Part shown: piece by piece, positions 50,234-64,000 of the stretch
Layout of the letters: each line of letters starts with the position of its first letter
Position numbering within the stretch: the stretch's first letter is position 1
Assembly: GCA_032718475.1 (NCBI GenBank)
Contig: JAUCBJ010000075.1
Coordinates: 45,487-109,486 of the forward strand
Length of the DNA stretch: 64,000 bases
Source: Nemertoderma westbladi
Taxonomy: Eukaryota > Animalia > Xenacoelomorpha
Direction of reading: 5' to 3'
Program-made: the position numbers and the translations under genes
The notes under the pieces: model-generated
Database searches by the model: none
Seen by the model: only the letters and a program-made list of their open reading frames with translations
Told to the model about the DNA's origin: nothing

Positions 50234-53200
50234 TAATAGATAAAGTACAGTAGTAAGAATTAATAGATACAATACAGTAGTAAGAATTAATAGATACAGT
50301 ACAGTAGTAAGAATTAATAGATACAGTACAGTAGTAAGAATTAATAGATACAGTACAGTAGTAAGAATTAATAGATACAGTACAGTAGTAAGAATTAATA
50401 GATACAGTACAGTAGTAAGAATTAATAGATACAGTACAGTAGTAAGAATTAATAGATACAGTACAGTAGTAAGAATTAATAGATACAGTACAGTAGTAAG
50501 AATTAATAGATACAATACAGTAGTAAGAATTAATAGATACAGTACAGTAGTAAGAATTAATAGATACAGTACAGTAGTAAGAATTAATAGATACAGTACA
50601 GTAGTAAGAATTAATAGATACAGTACAGTAGTAAGAATTAATAGATACAGTACAGTAGTAAGAATTAATAGATACAATACAGTAGTAAGAATTAATAGAT
50701 ACAGTACAGTAGTAAGAATTAATAGATACAGTACAGTAGTAAGAATTAATAGATACAGATACAGTAGTAAGAATTAATAGATACAATACAGTAGTAAGAA
50801 TTAATAGATACAGTACAGTAGTAAGAATTAATAGATACAGTACAGTAGTAAGAATTAATAGATACAGTACAGTAGTAAGAATTAATAGATACAATACAGT
50901 AGTAAGAATTAATAGATACAGTACAGTAGTAAGAATTAATAGATACAGTACAGTAGTAAGAATTAATAGATACAGTACAGTAGTAAGAATTAATAGATAC
51001 AGTACAGTAGTAAGAATTAATAGATACAGTACAGTAGTAAGAATTAATAGATACAGTACAGTAGTAAGAATTAATAGATACAGTACAGTAGTAAGAATTA
51101 ATAGATACAGTACAGTAGTAAGAATTAATAGATACAGTACAGTAGTAAGAATTAATAGATACAGTACAGTAGTAAGAATTAATAGATACAATACAGTAGT
51201 AAGAATTAATAGATACAGTACAGTAGTAAGAATTAATAGATACAGTACAGTAGTAAGAATTAATAGATACAGTACAGTAGTAAGAATTAATAGATACAGT
51301 ACAGTAGTAAGAATTAATAGATACAGTACAGTAGTAAGAATTAATAGATACAGTACAGTAGTAAGAATTAATAGATACAGTACAGTAGTAAGAATTAATA
51401 GATACAATACAGTAGTAAGAATTAATAGATACAGTACAGTAGTAAGAATTAATAGATACAGAACAGTAGTAAGAATTAATAGATACAGTACAGTAGTAAG
51501 AATTAATAGATACAGTACAGTAGTAAGAATTAATAGATACAGAACAGTAGTAAGAATTAATAGATACAATACAGTAGTAAGAATTAATAGATACAGTACA
51601 GTAGTAAGAATTAATAGATACAGAACAGTAGTAAGAATTAATAGATACAGTACAGTAGTAAGAATTAATAGATACAGTACAGTAGTAAGAATTAATAGAT
51701 ACAGTACAGTAGTAAGAATTAATAGATACAGTACAGTAGTAAGAATTAATAGATACAGTACAGTAGTAAGAATTAATAGATACAGTACAGTAGTAAGAAT
51801 TAATAGATACAATACAGTAGTAAGAATTAATAGATACAGTACAGTAGTAAGAATTAATAGATACAGTACAGTAGTAAGAATTAATAGATACAGTACAGTA
51901 GTAAGAATTAATAGATACAGTACAGTAGTAAGAATTAATAGATACAGTACAGTAGTAAGAATTAATAGATACAGTACAGTAGTAAGAATTAATAGATACA
52001 GTACAGTAGTAAGAATTAATAGATACAGTACAGTAGTAAGAATTAATAGATACAGTACAGTAGTAAGAATTAATAGATACAATACAGTAGTAAGAATTAA
52101 TAGATACAGTACAGTAGTAAGAATTAATAGATACAGTACAGTAGTAAGAATTAATAGATACAATACAGTAGTAAGAATTAATAGATACAGTACAGTAGTA
52201 AGAATTAATAGATACAGTACAGTAGTAAGAATTAATAGATACAGTACAGTAGTAAGAATTAATAGATACAGTACAGTAGTAAGAATTAATAGATACAGTA
52301 CAGTAGTAAGAATTAATAGATACAGTACAGTAGTAAGAATTAATAGATACAGTACAGTAGTAAGAATTAATAGATACAATACAGTAGTAAGAATTAATAG
52401 ATACAGTTAAGTAGTAAGAATTAATAGATACAGAACAGTAGTAAGAATTAATAGATACAGTACAGTAGTAAGAATTAATAGATACAGTACAGTAGTAAGA
52501 ATTAATAGATACAGAACAGTAGTAAGAATTAATAGATACAGTACAGTAGTAAGAATTAATAGATACAGTACAGTAGTAAGAATTAATAGATACAGTACAG
52601 TAGTAAGAATTAATAGATACAGTACAGTAGTAAGAATTAATAGATACAGTACAGTAGTAAGAATTAATAGATACAGTACAGTAGTAAGAATTAATAGATA
52701 CAGTACAGTAGTAAGAATTAATAGATACAGTACAGTAGTAAGAATTAATAGATACAGAACAGTAGTAAGAATTAATAGATACAGTACAGTAGTAAGAATT
52801 AATAGATACAGTACAGTAGTAAGAATTAATAGATACAGTACAGTAGTAAGAATTAATAGATACAGTACAGTAGTAAGAATTAATAGATACAATACAGTAG
52901 TAAGAATTAATAGATACAGTACAGTAGTAAGAATTAATAGATACAGTACAGTAGTAAGAATTAATAGATACAGTACAGTAGTAAGAATTAATAGATACAG
53001 TACAGTAGTAAGAATTAATAGATACAGTACAGTAGTAAGAATTAATAGATACAGTACAGTAGTAAGAATTAATAGATACAGTACAGTAGTAAGAATTAAT
53101 AGATACAATACAGTAGTAAGAATTAATAGATACAGTACAGTAGTAAGAATTAATAGATACAGTACAGTAGTAAGAATTAATAGATACAATACAGTAGTAA

Positions 53201-54984
53201 GAATTAATAGATACAGTACAGTAGTAAGAATTAATAGATACAGTACAGTAGTAAGAATTAATAGATACAGTACAGTAGTAAGAATTAATAGATACAGTAC
53301 AGTAGTAAGAATTAATAGATACAGTACAGTAGTAAGAATTAATAGATACAATACAGTAGTAAGAATTAATAGATACAGTTAAGTAGTAAGAATTAATAGA
53401 TACAGAACAGTAGTAAGAATTAATAGATACAGTACAGTAGTAAGAATTAATAGATACAGTACAGTAGTAAGAATTAATAGATACAGTACAGTAGTAAGAA
53501 TTAATAGATACAATACAGTAGTAAGAATTAATAGATACAGTTAAGTAGTAAGAATTAATAGATACAGAACAGTAGTAAGAATTAATAGATACAGTACAGT
53601 AGTAAGAATTAATAGATACAGTACAGTAGTAAGAATTAATAGATACAGTACAGTAGTAAGAATTAATAGATACAGTTACAGTAGTAAGAATTAATAGATA
53701 CAGTACAGTAGTAAGAATTAATAGATACAGTACAGTAGTAAGAATTAATAGATACAATACAGTAGTAAGAATTAATAGATACAGTACAGTAGTAAGAATT
53801 AATAGATACAGTACAGTAGTAAGAATTAATAGATACAGTACAGTAGTAAGAATTAATAGATACAGTACAGTAGTAAGAATTAATAGATACAGTACAGTAG
53901 TAAGAATTAATAGATACAGTACAGTAGTAAGAATTAATAGATACAGTACAGTAGTAAGAATTAATAGATACAGTACAGTAGTAAGAATTAATAGATACAG
54001 TACAGTAGTAAGAATTAATAGATACAATACAGTAGTAAGAATTAATAGATACAGTACAGTAGTAAGAATTAATAGATACAGTACAGTAGTAAGAATTAAT
54101 AGATACAATACAGTAGTAAGAATTAATAGATACAGTACAGTAGTAAGAATTAATAGATACAGTACAGTAGTAAGAATTAATAGATACAGTACAGTAGTAA
54201 GAATTAATAGATACAGTACAGTAGTAAGAATTAATAGATACAGTACAGTAGTAAGAATTAATAGATACAGTACAGTAGTAAGAATTAATAGATACAGTAC
54301 AGTAGTAAGAATTAATAGATACAATACAGTAGTAAGAATTAATAGATACAGTTAAGTAGTAAGAATTAATAGATACAGAACAGTAGTAAGAATTAATAGA
54401 TACAGTACAGTAGTAAGAATTAATAGATACAGTACAGTAGTAAGAATTAATAGATACAGTACAGTAGTAAGAATTAATAGATACAATACAGTAGTAAGAA
54501 TTAATAGATACAGTTAAGTAGTAAGAATTAATAGATACGGTACAGTAGTAAGAATTAATAGATACAGTACAGTAGTAAGAATTAATAGATACAGAACAGT
54601 AGTAAGAATTAATAGATACAATACAGTAGTAAGAATTAATAGATACAGTTAAGTAGTAAGAATTAATAGATACAGAACAGTAGTAAGAATTAATAGATAC
54701 AGTACAGTAGTAAGAATTAATAGATACAGTACAGTAGTAAGAATTAATAGATACAGTACAGTAGTAAGAATTAATAGATACAGTTAAGTAGTAAGAATTA
54801 ATAGATACAGTACAGTAGTAAGAATTAATAGATACAGTACAGTAGTAAGAATTAATAGATACAATACAGTAGTAAGAATTAATAGATACAGTACAGTAGT
54901 AAGAATTAATAGATACAGTACAGTAGAATATTGTAGATAAGATAAGATGTAGAGGGAAGGAAGTGCCTTGTACCTTTAGTGAGG

Positions 54985-56040
54985 GTCTTTGTTTCTGTGG
55001 GGCGAGCCACGAAGTTGGCGGAGCCTTAGCGAATTGACACTGTTAGGGGGTGGGTCAATTTATGCAAATAGTTGTCGTCGTCGTCGTCGTCGTTGCCGTC
55101 GTCGTCGTCGTCGTCGTTGTCGTCGTCGTCGTCGTTACGATTTTGACATGCTAATAACTTTGTCGGATTTAAAGCTGCCAAGTTGAAAATTTGTAGGTAT
55201 CAATATGAGCAAAAGTTGAGATTTTTGAGAGACTTTCAGACACCATCAGTGCAATGGTCTCCCGCTAGAGGGCCACATGTCTAAACATTAAATGCCCTCC
55301 CATTTCTTTGCTTTTAATCCGTTTAAGCTGAAACTTGGCAGATATGTATTAGACCATTAGCTGCGACTTTCAAAGGAGGCGAATCCATCTGCAGTTCTCC
55401 AGTCTGCCGCTAGAGGGCCAAAGGTCTGAAAGTGAAATCGTTGTCGTCGTTATGATATTGACATGCTAATAACTTTGTCGGATTTAAAGCTGCCAAGTTG
55501 AAAATTTGTAGGTATCAATATGAGCTAAAGTTGAGATTTTTGAGAGACTTTCAGACACCATCAGTGCAATGGTCTCCCGCTGCGGGCCACATGTCTAAAC
55601 ATTAAATGCCCTCCCATTTCTTTGCTTTTAATCGGTTTAGGCTGAAACTTGGCAGATATGTATTAGACCATTAGCTGTGACTTTCAAAGGAGGCGAATCC
55701 ATCTGCAGTTCTCCAGTCTGCCGCTAGAGGGCCAAAGGTCTGAAAGTGAAATCGTTGTCGTCGTTACGATTTTGACATGCTAATAACTTTGTCGGATTTA
55801 AAGCTGCCAAGTTGAAAATTTGTAGGTATCAATATGAGCAAAAGTTGAGATTTTTGAGAGACTTTCAGACACCATCAGTGCAATGGTCTCCCGCTAGAGG
55901 GCCACATGTCTAAACATTAAATGCCCTCCCATTTCTTTGCTTTTAATCCGTTTAAGCTGAAACTTGGCAGATATGTATTAGACCATTAGCTATGACTTTC
56001 AAAGGAGGCGAATCCATCTGCAGTTCTCCAGTCTGCCAGA
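54985..56040 (+). mobile_element. Possible Helentron/DINE-1-like non-autonomous element: short head, (GTC)n microsatellite (55074-55135), three ~315-bp tandem units
   Basis: Units recur at ~55141, 55456 and 55770; family inferred only from the architecture. Confidence 0.5.
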
Positions 56041-56323
56041 TGTTCAGAGCAGATTTTGTTATTTATTTTTAATTTTATGTTCTAGAACATATTCACTGAT
56101 TATTGAAAAAGAGTGTTATTTGTAATCTTTTCAAAAATGTTTTGGAATAAAAAAATATGTTGAGGAAATTTTCTTAAATAATAGCTAACATGATGAAGAA
56201 CATTAACAAAATTGGGAAAAACTAGATAGTATTTATAAGAAATAAAAAAAAATAGTAAAAAATCAACACTACACAACATCACTACACAAATTGACGATGC
56301 AGTAAATAGTTGTCATTACTTAC

Positions 56324-56467
56324 TTTATCCTTGGTGCCGAGCATAATTCTAGAATTTAACAGGGAATTCTGCAAATTTATCTCAGAGCTTTCCAAATATG
56401 AGACCATCGTCTTGAGACCCGCTAATTCCAATTGTAATTCTCTCGTTGTATTTTCCGACGTCTGAAG
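56324..56467 (-). CDS. Internal exon of host coiled-coil gene (LQTSENTTRELQLELAGLKTMVSYLESSEINLQNSLLNSRIMLGTKDK)
   Basis: Acceptor TTTTAAACTTTTAG|CTT, donor AAA|GTAAGT, 144 nt open, phase 0/0. Confidence 0.85.
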
Positions 56468-56530
56468 CTAAAAGTTTAAAAGTAAAAAGTTAAAACAGAT
56501 CCAAAACAACAAGTATCTAAGCTTCTAACC

Positions 56531-59500
56531 ACCTTCAGTAACCTTCTGTCTCCAACATTCACTAACCTTCAATCTCCAACCTTCACTAACCTTCTGTCTC
56601 CAACCTTCACTAACCTTCTATCTCCAACCTTCACGAAACTTCTGCCTCCAACCTTCACTAACCTTCTGTCTCCAACCTTCTGTCTCCAACCTTCACTAAC
56701 CTTCTGCCTCCAACCTTCACTAACCTTCTGCCTCCAACCTTCACTAACCTTCTGTCTCCAACCTTCTGTCTCCAACCTTCTGTCTCCAACCTTCACTAAC
56801 CTTCTGCCTCCAACCTTCACTAACCTTCTGTCTCCAACCTTCACTAACCTTCTGTCTCCAACCTTCACTAACCTTCTATCTCCATCCTTCACTAACATTC
56901 TGTCCCCAACCTTCACTAACCTTCTGTCTCCAACCTTCACTAACCTTCTGTCTCCAACCTTCACTAACCTTCTGTCTCCAACCTTCACTAATCTTCTGTC
57001 TCCAACCTTCACTAACCTTCTATCCTCAACCTTCTGTCTCCAACCTTCACTAACCTTCTGTCTCCAACCTTCACTAACCTTCTATCCTCAACCTTCTGTC
57101 TCCAATCTTCACTAACCTTCTGTCTCCAACCTTCACTAGCCTTCTGTATCCATCCTTCACTAACCTTCTGCCTCCAGCCTTCACTAACCTTCTGTCTCCA
57201 ACCTTCACTAACCTTCTATCCTCAACCTTCTGTCTCCAACCTTCACTAACCTTCTGTCTCCAACCTTCACTAACCTTCTATCCTCAACCTTCTGTCTCCA
57301 ATCTTCACTAACCTTCTGTCTCCAACCTTCACTAACCTTCTGTATCCATCCTTCACTAACCTTCTGCCTCCAACCTTCACTAACCTTCTGTCTCCAACCT
57401 TCACTAACCTTCTGCCTCCAACCTTCACTAACCTTCTGTCTCCAACCTTCACTAACCTTCTGTCTCCAACCTTCACTAACCTTCTGTCTCCAGCCTTCAC
57501 TAACCTTCTGTCTCCAACATTCACCAACCTTCTGTCTCCAACCTTCACTAACCTTCTGTCTCCAACCTTCACTAACCTTCTGTCTCCAACCTTCACCAAC
57601 CTTCTGTCTCCAACCTTCACTAACCTTCTGTCTCCAACCTTCACCAACCTTCACCAACCTTCTGTCTCCAACCTTCACTAACCTTCTGTCTCCAACCTTC
57701 ACCAACCTTCACTAACCTTCTGTATCCATCCTTCACTAACCTTCTGTCTCCAACCTTCACTAACCTTCTGTCTCCAACCTTCACCAACTTTCTGTCTCCA
57801 ACCTTCACTAACCTTCTGTCTCCAACCTTCACCAACCTTCACCAACCTTCTGTCTCCAACCTTCACTAACCTTCTGTCTCCAACCTTCACCAACCTTCTG
57901 TCTTCAACCTTCACCAACCTTCACTAACCTTCTGTATCCATCCTTCACTAACCTTCTGCCTCCAACCTTCACTAACCTTCTGTCTCCAACCTTCACCAAC
58001 CTTCACTAACCTTCTGTCTCCAACCTTCTGTCTCCAACCTTCTATCTCCAACCTTCACTAACCTTCTATCGCCAACCTTCACTAACCTTCTGTCTCCAAC
58101 CTTCACCAACCTTCACCAACCTTCACCAACCTTCACTAACCTTCTGTCTCCAACCTTCACCAACCTTCACCAACCTTCTGTCTCCAACCTTCACTAACCT
58201 TCTGTCTCCAACCTTCACCAACCTTCTGTCTTCAACCTTCACCAACCTTCACTAACCTTCTGTATCCATCCTTCACTAACCTTCTGTCTCCAACCTTCAC
58301 CAACCTTCTATCCAACCTTCACTAACCTTCTGTCTCCAACCTTCACTCAACCTTCTATCTCCAACCTTCACTAACCTTCTATCGCCAACCTTCACTAACC
58401 TTCTGTCTCCAACCTTCACCAACCTTCACTAACCTTCTGTCTCCAACCTTCACTAACCTTCTGTCTCCAACCTTCACCAACCTTCTGTCTCAACCTTCAC
58501 CAACCTTCACTAACCTTCTGTCTCCAACCTTCACTAACCTTCTGTCTCCAACCTTCACCAACCTTCACCAACCTTCTGTCTCCAACCTTCACTAACCTTC
58601 TGTCTCCAACCTTCACCAACCTTCTGTCTTCAACCTTCACCAACCTTCACTAACCTTCTGCATCCATCCTTCACTAACCTTCTGCCTCCAACCTTCACTA
58701 ACCTTCTGTCCTCCAACCTTCACTAACCTTCTGTCTCCAACCTTCACTAACCTTCTATCTCCAACCTTCACTAACCTTCTATCGCCAACCTTCACTAACC
58801 TTCTGTCTCCAACCTTCACTAACCTTCTGTCTCCAACCTTCACTAACCTTCTGTCTCCAACCTTCACTAACCTTCTGTCTCCAACCTTCACTAACCTTCT
58901 GTCTCCAACCTTCACTAACCTTCTGTCTCCAACCTTCACTAACCTTCTGTCTCCAACCTTCACTAACCTTCTGTCTCCAACCTTCACTAACCTTCTGTCT
59001 CCAACCTTCACTAACCTTCTGTCTCCAACCTTCACTAACCTTCTGTCTCCAACCTTCACTAACCTTCTGTCTCCAACCTTCACTAACCTTCTGTATCCAT
59101 CCTTCACTAACCTTCTGCCTCCAACCTTCACTAACCTTCTGTCTCCAACCTTCACTAACCTTCTATCTCCAACCTTCACTAACCTTCTATCGCCAACCTT
59201 CACTAACCTTCTGTCTCCAACCTTCACCAACCTTCTGTCTCCAACCTTCACTAACCTTCTGTCTCCAACCTTCACTAACCTTCTATCTCCAACCTTCACT
59301 AACCTTCTATCGCCAACCTTCACTAACCTTCTGTCTCCAACCTTCACCAACCTTCTGTCTCCAACCTTCACTAACCTTCTGTCTCCAACCTTCACTAACC
59401 TTCTGTCTCCAACCTTCACTAACCTTCTGTCTCCAACCTTCACTAACCTTCTGTCTCCAACCTTCACTAACCTTCTGTCTCCAACCTTCACTAACCTTCT

Positions 59501-62500
59501 GTATCCATCCTTCACTAACCTTCTGCCTCCAACCTTCACTAACCTTCTGTCTCCAACCTTCTGTCTCCAACCTTCACTAACCTTCTATCTCCAACCTTCA
59601 CTAACCTTCTATCGCCAACCTTCACTAACCTTCTGTCTCCAACCTTCACCAACCTTCTGTCTCCAACCTTCACTAACCTTCTGTCTCCAACCTTCACTAA
59701 CCTTCTATCTCCAACCTTCACTAACCTTCTATCGCCAACCTTCACTAACCTTCTGTCTCCAACCTTCACCAACCTTCTGTCTCCAACCTTCACTAACCTT
59801 CTGTCTCCAACCTTCACTAACCTTCTATCTCCAACCTTCACTAACCTTCTGTCTCCAACCTTCACCAACCTTCACTAACCTTCTATCTCCAACCTTCACT
59901 AACCTTCTGTCTCCAACCTTCACCAACCTTCTGTCTCCAACCTTCACTAACCTTCTGTCTCCAACTTTCACCAACCTTCACCAACCTTCTGTCTCCAACC
60001 TTCACTAACCTTCTGCCTCCAACCTTCACTAACCTTCTGTCTCCAACCTTCACCAACCTTCTGTCTCCAACCTTTACTAACCTTCTGTCTCCAACCTTCA
60101 CCAACCTTCTGTCTCCAACCTTCACTAACCTTCTGTCTCCAACCTTCACCAACCTTCTGTCTCCAACCTTTACTAACCTTCTGTCTCCAACCTTCACTAA
60201 CCTTCTGTATCCATCTTTCACTAACCTTCTGTATCCATCCTTCACTAACCTTCTGTCTCCAACCTTCACTAACCTTCTGTCTCCAACCTTCACTAACCTT
60301 CTGTCTCCAACCTTCACCAACCTTCTGTCTCCAACCTTTACTAACCTTCTGTCTCCAACCTTCACTAACCTTCTGTATCCATCTTTCACTAACCTTCTGT
60401 ATCCATCTTTCACTAACCTTCTGTCTCCAACCTTCACCAACCTTCTGTCTCCAACCTTTACTAACCTTATGTCTCCAACCTTCACTAACCTTCTATCTCC
60501 AACATTCACTAACCTTCTATCGCCAACCTTCACTAACCTTCTGTCTCCAACCTTCACCAACCTTCTGTCTCCAACCTTCACTAACCTTCTGTCTCCAACT
60601 TTCACCAACCTTCACCAACCTTCTGTCTCCAACCTTCACTAACCTTCTGCCTCCAACCTTCACTAACCTTCTGTCTCCAACCTTCACTAACCTTCTGTCT
60701 CCAACCTTCACTAACCTTCTGTCTCCAACCTTCACCAACCTTCTGTCTCCAACCTTTACTAACCTTCTGTCTCCAACCTTCACTAACCTTCTGTATCCAT
60801 CTTTCACTAACCTTCTGTATCCATCTTTCACTAACCTTCTGTCTCCAACCTTCACTAACCTTCTGTATCCATCTTTCACTAACCTTCTGTCTCCAACCTT
60901 CACTAACCTTCTGTCTCCAACCTTCACTAACCTTCTGTCTCCAACCTTCACCAACCTTCTGTCTCCAACCTTTACTAACCTTCTGTCTCCAACCTTCACT
61001 AACCTTCTGTATCCATCTTTCACTAACCTTCTGTATCCATCTTTCACTAACCTTCTGTCTCCAACCTTCACCAACCTTCTGTCTCCAACCTTTACTAACC
61101 TTCTGTCTCCAACCTTCACTAACCTTCTATCTCCAACATTCACTAACCTTCTATCGCCAACCTTCACTAACCTTCTGTCTCCAACCTTCACCAACCTTCT
61201 CTCTCCAACCTTCACTAACCTTCTGTCTCCAACTTTCACCAACCTTCACCAACCTTCTGTCTCCAACCTTCACTAACCTTCTGCCTCCAACCTTCACTAA
61301 CCTTCTGTCTCCAACCTTCACTAACCTTCTGTCTCCAACCTTCACTAACCTTCTGTCTCCAACCTTCACCAACCTTCTGTCTCCAACCTTCACTAACCTT
61401 CTATCTTCAACCTTCACTAACCTTCTGTATCCATCCTTCACTAACCTTCTGTATCCATCCTTCACTAACCTTCTGTATCCATCCTTCACTAACCTTCTAT
61501 CGCCAACCTTCACTAACCTTCTGTCTCCAACCTTCACTAACCTTCTGTCTCCAACCTTCACCAACCTTCTGTCTCCATCCTTCACTAACCTTCTGTATCC
61601 ATCCTTCACTAACCTTCTGTATCCATCCTTCACTAACCTTCTGCCTCCAACCTTCACTAACCTTCTGCCTCCAACCTTCACTAACCTTCTGTCTCCAACC
61701 TTCACTAACCTTCTGTCTCCAACCTTCACCAACCTTCTGTCTCCAACCTTCACTAACCTTCTGTCTCCAACCTTCACCAACCTTCTGTCTCCAACCTTCA
61801 CTAACCTTCTGTCTCCAACCTTCACTAACCTTCTGTCTCCAACCTTCACTAACCTTCTGTCTCCAACCTTCACCAACCTTCACTAACATTCTGCCTCCAA
61901 CCTTCACTAACCTTCTATCTCCATCCTTCACTAACCTTCTGTCCCCAATCTTCACTAACCTTCTGTCTCCAACCTTCACTAACCTTCTGTCTCCAACCTT
62001 CACTAACCTTCTGTCTCCAACCTTCACTAACCTTCTGTCTCCAACCTTCACTAACCTTCTGTTTCCAACCTTCACTAACCTTCTGTCTCCAACCTTCACT
62101 AACCTTCTGTTTCCAACCTTCACTAACCTTCTGTCTCCAACCTTCACCAACCTTCACTAACCTTATGTTTCCAACCTTCACTAACCTTCTGTCACCAATC
62201 TTCACTAACCTTCTGTCTCCAACCTTCACTAACCTTCTGTCTCCAACCTTCACTAACATTCTGTCTCCAACCTTCACTAACCTTCTGTTTCCAACCTTCA
62301 CTAACCTTCTGTCTCCAACCTTCACTAACCTTCTGTTTCCAACCTTCACTAACCTTCTGTCTCCAACCTTCACTAACCTTCTGTCTCCAACCTTCACCAA
62401 CCTTCACTAACCTTCTGTCTCCAACCTTCACTAACCTTCTGTCTCCAACCTTCACTAACCTTCTGTTTCCAACCTTCACTAACCTTCTGTCTCAAACCTT

Positions 62501-64000
62501 CACTAACCTTCTGTTTCCAACCTTCACTAACCTTCTGTCTCCAACCTTCACTAACCTTCTGTCTCCAACCTTCACCAACCTTCACTAACCTTCTGTTTCC
62601 AACCTTCACTAACCTTCTATCGCCAACCTTCACTAACCTTCTGTCTCCAACCTTCACCAACCTTCTGTCTCCAACCTTCACTAACCTTCTGTCTCCAACC
62701 TTCACCAACCTTCTGTCTCCAACCTTCACTAACCTTCTGTCTCCAACCTTCACCAACCTTCACTAACCTTCTGTTTCCAACCTTCACTAACCTTCTGTCT
62801 CAAACCTTCACTAACCTTCTGTTTCCAACCTTCACTAACCTTCTGTCTCCAACCTTCACTAACCTTCTGTCTCCAACCTTCACCAACCTTCACTAACCTT
62901 CTGTTTCCAACATTCACTAACCTTCTATCGCCAACCTTCACTAACCTTATGTCTCCAACATTCACCAACCTTCTGTCTCCAACCTTCACTAACCTTCTGT
63001 CTCCAACCTTCACTAACCTTCTATCTCCAACCTTCACTAACCTTCTATCGCCAACCTTCACTAACCTTCTGTCTCCAACCTTCACCAACCTTCTGTCTCC
63101 AACCTTCACTAACCTTCTGTCTCCAACTTTCACCAACCTTCACCAACCTTCTGTCTCCAACCTTCACTAACCTTCTGTCTCCAACCTTCACTAACCTTCT
63201 GTTTCCAACCTTCACTAACCTTCTGTCTCCAACCTTCACTAACCTTATGTCTCCAACCTTCACCAACCTTCACTAACCTTCTATCGCCAACCTTCACTAA
63301 CCTTCTGTCTCCAACCTTCACCAACCTTCTGTATCCATCCTTCACTAACCTTCTGCCTCCAACCTTCACTAACCTTCTGTCTCCAACCTTCACTAACCTT
63401 CTATCTCCAACCTTCACTAACCTTCTATCGCCAACCTTCACTAACCTTCTGTCTCCAACCTTCACCAACCTTCTGTCTCCAACCTTCACTAACCTTCTGT
63501 CTCCAACTTTCACCAACCTTCACCAACCTTCTGTCTCCAACCTTCACTAACCTTCTGTCTCCAACCTTCACTAACCTTCTGTTTCCAACCTTCACTAACC
63601 TTCTGTCTCCAACCTTCACTAACCTTATGTCTCCAACCTTCACCAACCTTCACTAACCTTCTATCGCCAACCTTCACTAACCTTCTGTCTCCAACCTTCA
63701 CCAACCTTCTGTATCCATCCTTCACTAACCTTCTGCCTCCAACCTTCACTAACCTTCTGTCTCCAACCTTCACTAACCTTCTGTCTCCAACCTTCACTAA
63801 CCTTCTATCGCCAACCTTCACTAACCTTCTGTCGCCAACCTTCACCAACCTTCTGTCTCCAACCTTCACTAACCTTCTGTCTCCAACCTTCACTAACCTT
63901 CTATCTCCAACCTTCACTAACCTTCTATCGCCAACCTTCACTAACCTTCTGTCTCCAACCTTCACCAACCTTCTGTCTCCAACCTTCACTAACCTTCTGT
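56531..64000. repeat. 24-bp minisatellite (CCTTCACTAACCTTCTGTCTCCAA) running off the window end
   Basis: Tandem repeat made of 10-bp and 14-bp subunits that also duplicate independently. Confidence 0.97.

Larger units (their letters stand above)
32507..54926. repeat. 27-bp AT-rich minisatellite (ACAGTAGTAAGAATTAATAGATACAGT), ~9.7 kb net, interrupted by the LTR element and a MITE
   Basis: Segments 32507-34426, 46317-49461 and 50234-54926; register is preserved across both insertions apart from the TSDs. Confidence 0.97.

Noticed and set aside
46226-54324. Long YLLILTTVL and SINSYYCTV repeat ORFs (also 32546-34414)
   Set aside because: Translations of the 27-bp minisatellite.
54974-54994. 21-nt micro-exon (KQRPSLK, CAG|...|GTACAA)
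   Set aside because: Weak donor, overlaps the edge of a probable TE, and is not needed for phase continuity; cannot be excluded without RNA data.
56569-63989. VKVGDRRL repeat ORFs
   Set aside because: Translations of the 24-bp minisatellite with frequent frame changes.

Overview
Repeat-dominated eukaryotic (probably invertebrate animal) DNA; there are no prokaryotic operons or CRISPR arrays. (1) A minus-strand host gene for a coiled-coil protein can be reconstructed from five phase-compatible exons (56467-56324, 32346-32179, 29257-29081, 28596-28392, 18714-18623). Its introns are inflated by minisatellites with 24, 27, 30 and 62 bp units. Two arrays start at, and contain copies of, the exon's own 5' splice site, and a third carries a donor motif in its unit. 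(2) A very young BEL/Pao-type LTR element (34427-46316, minus strand) has 1230-bp near-identical LTRs and a 5-bp TSD. It encodes intact Gag-protease, has lost RT, most of RNase H and the integrase core in frame, and carries a 3' cassette of small non-env accessory ORFs. A diverged relative at 1-2788 shares the first and last ORFs (the first under apparent purifying selection) but has a different middle. (3) The window also holds a single-exon secreted 14-Cys protein gene, a LINE 3' fragment, several MITE/foldback elements and a nested inverted-repeat region at 7-11 kb. The giant ORFs in the supplied track are artefacts of the tandem repeats. All coordinates and alignments were read by eye; no searches were run.
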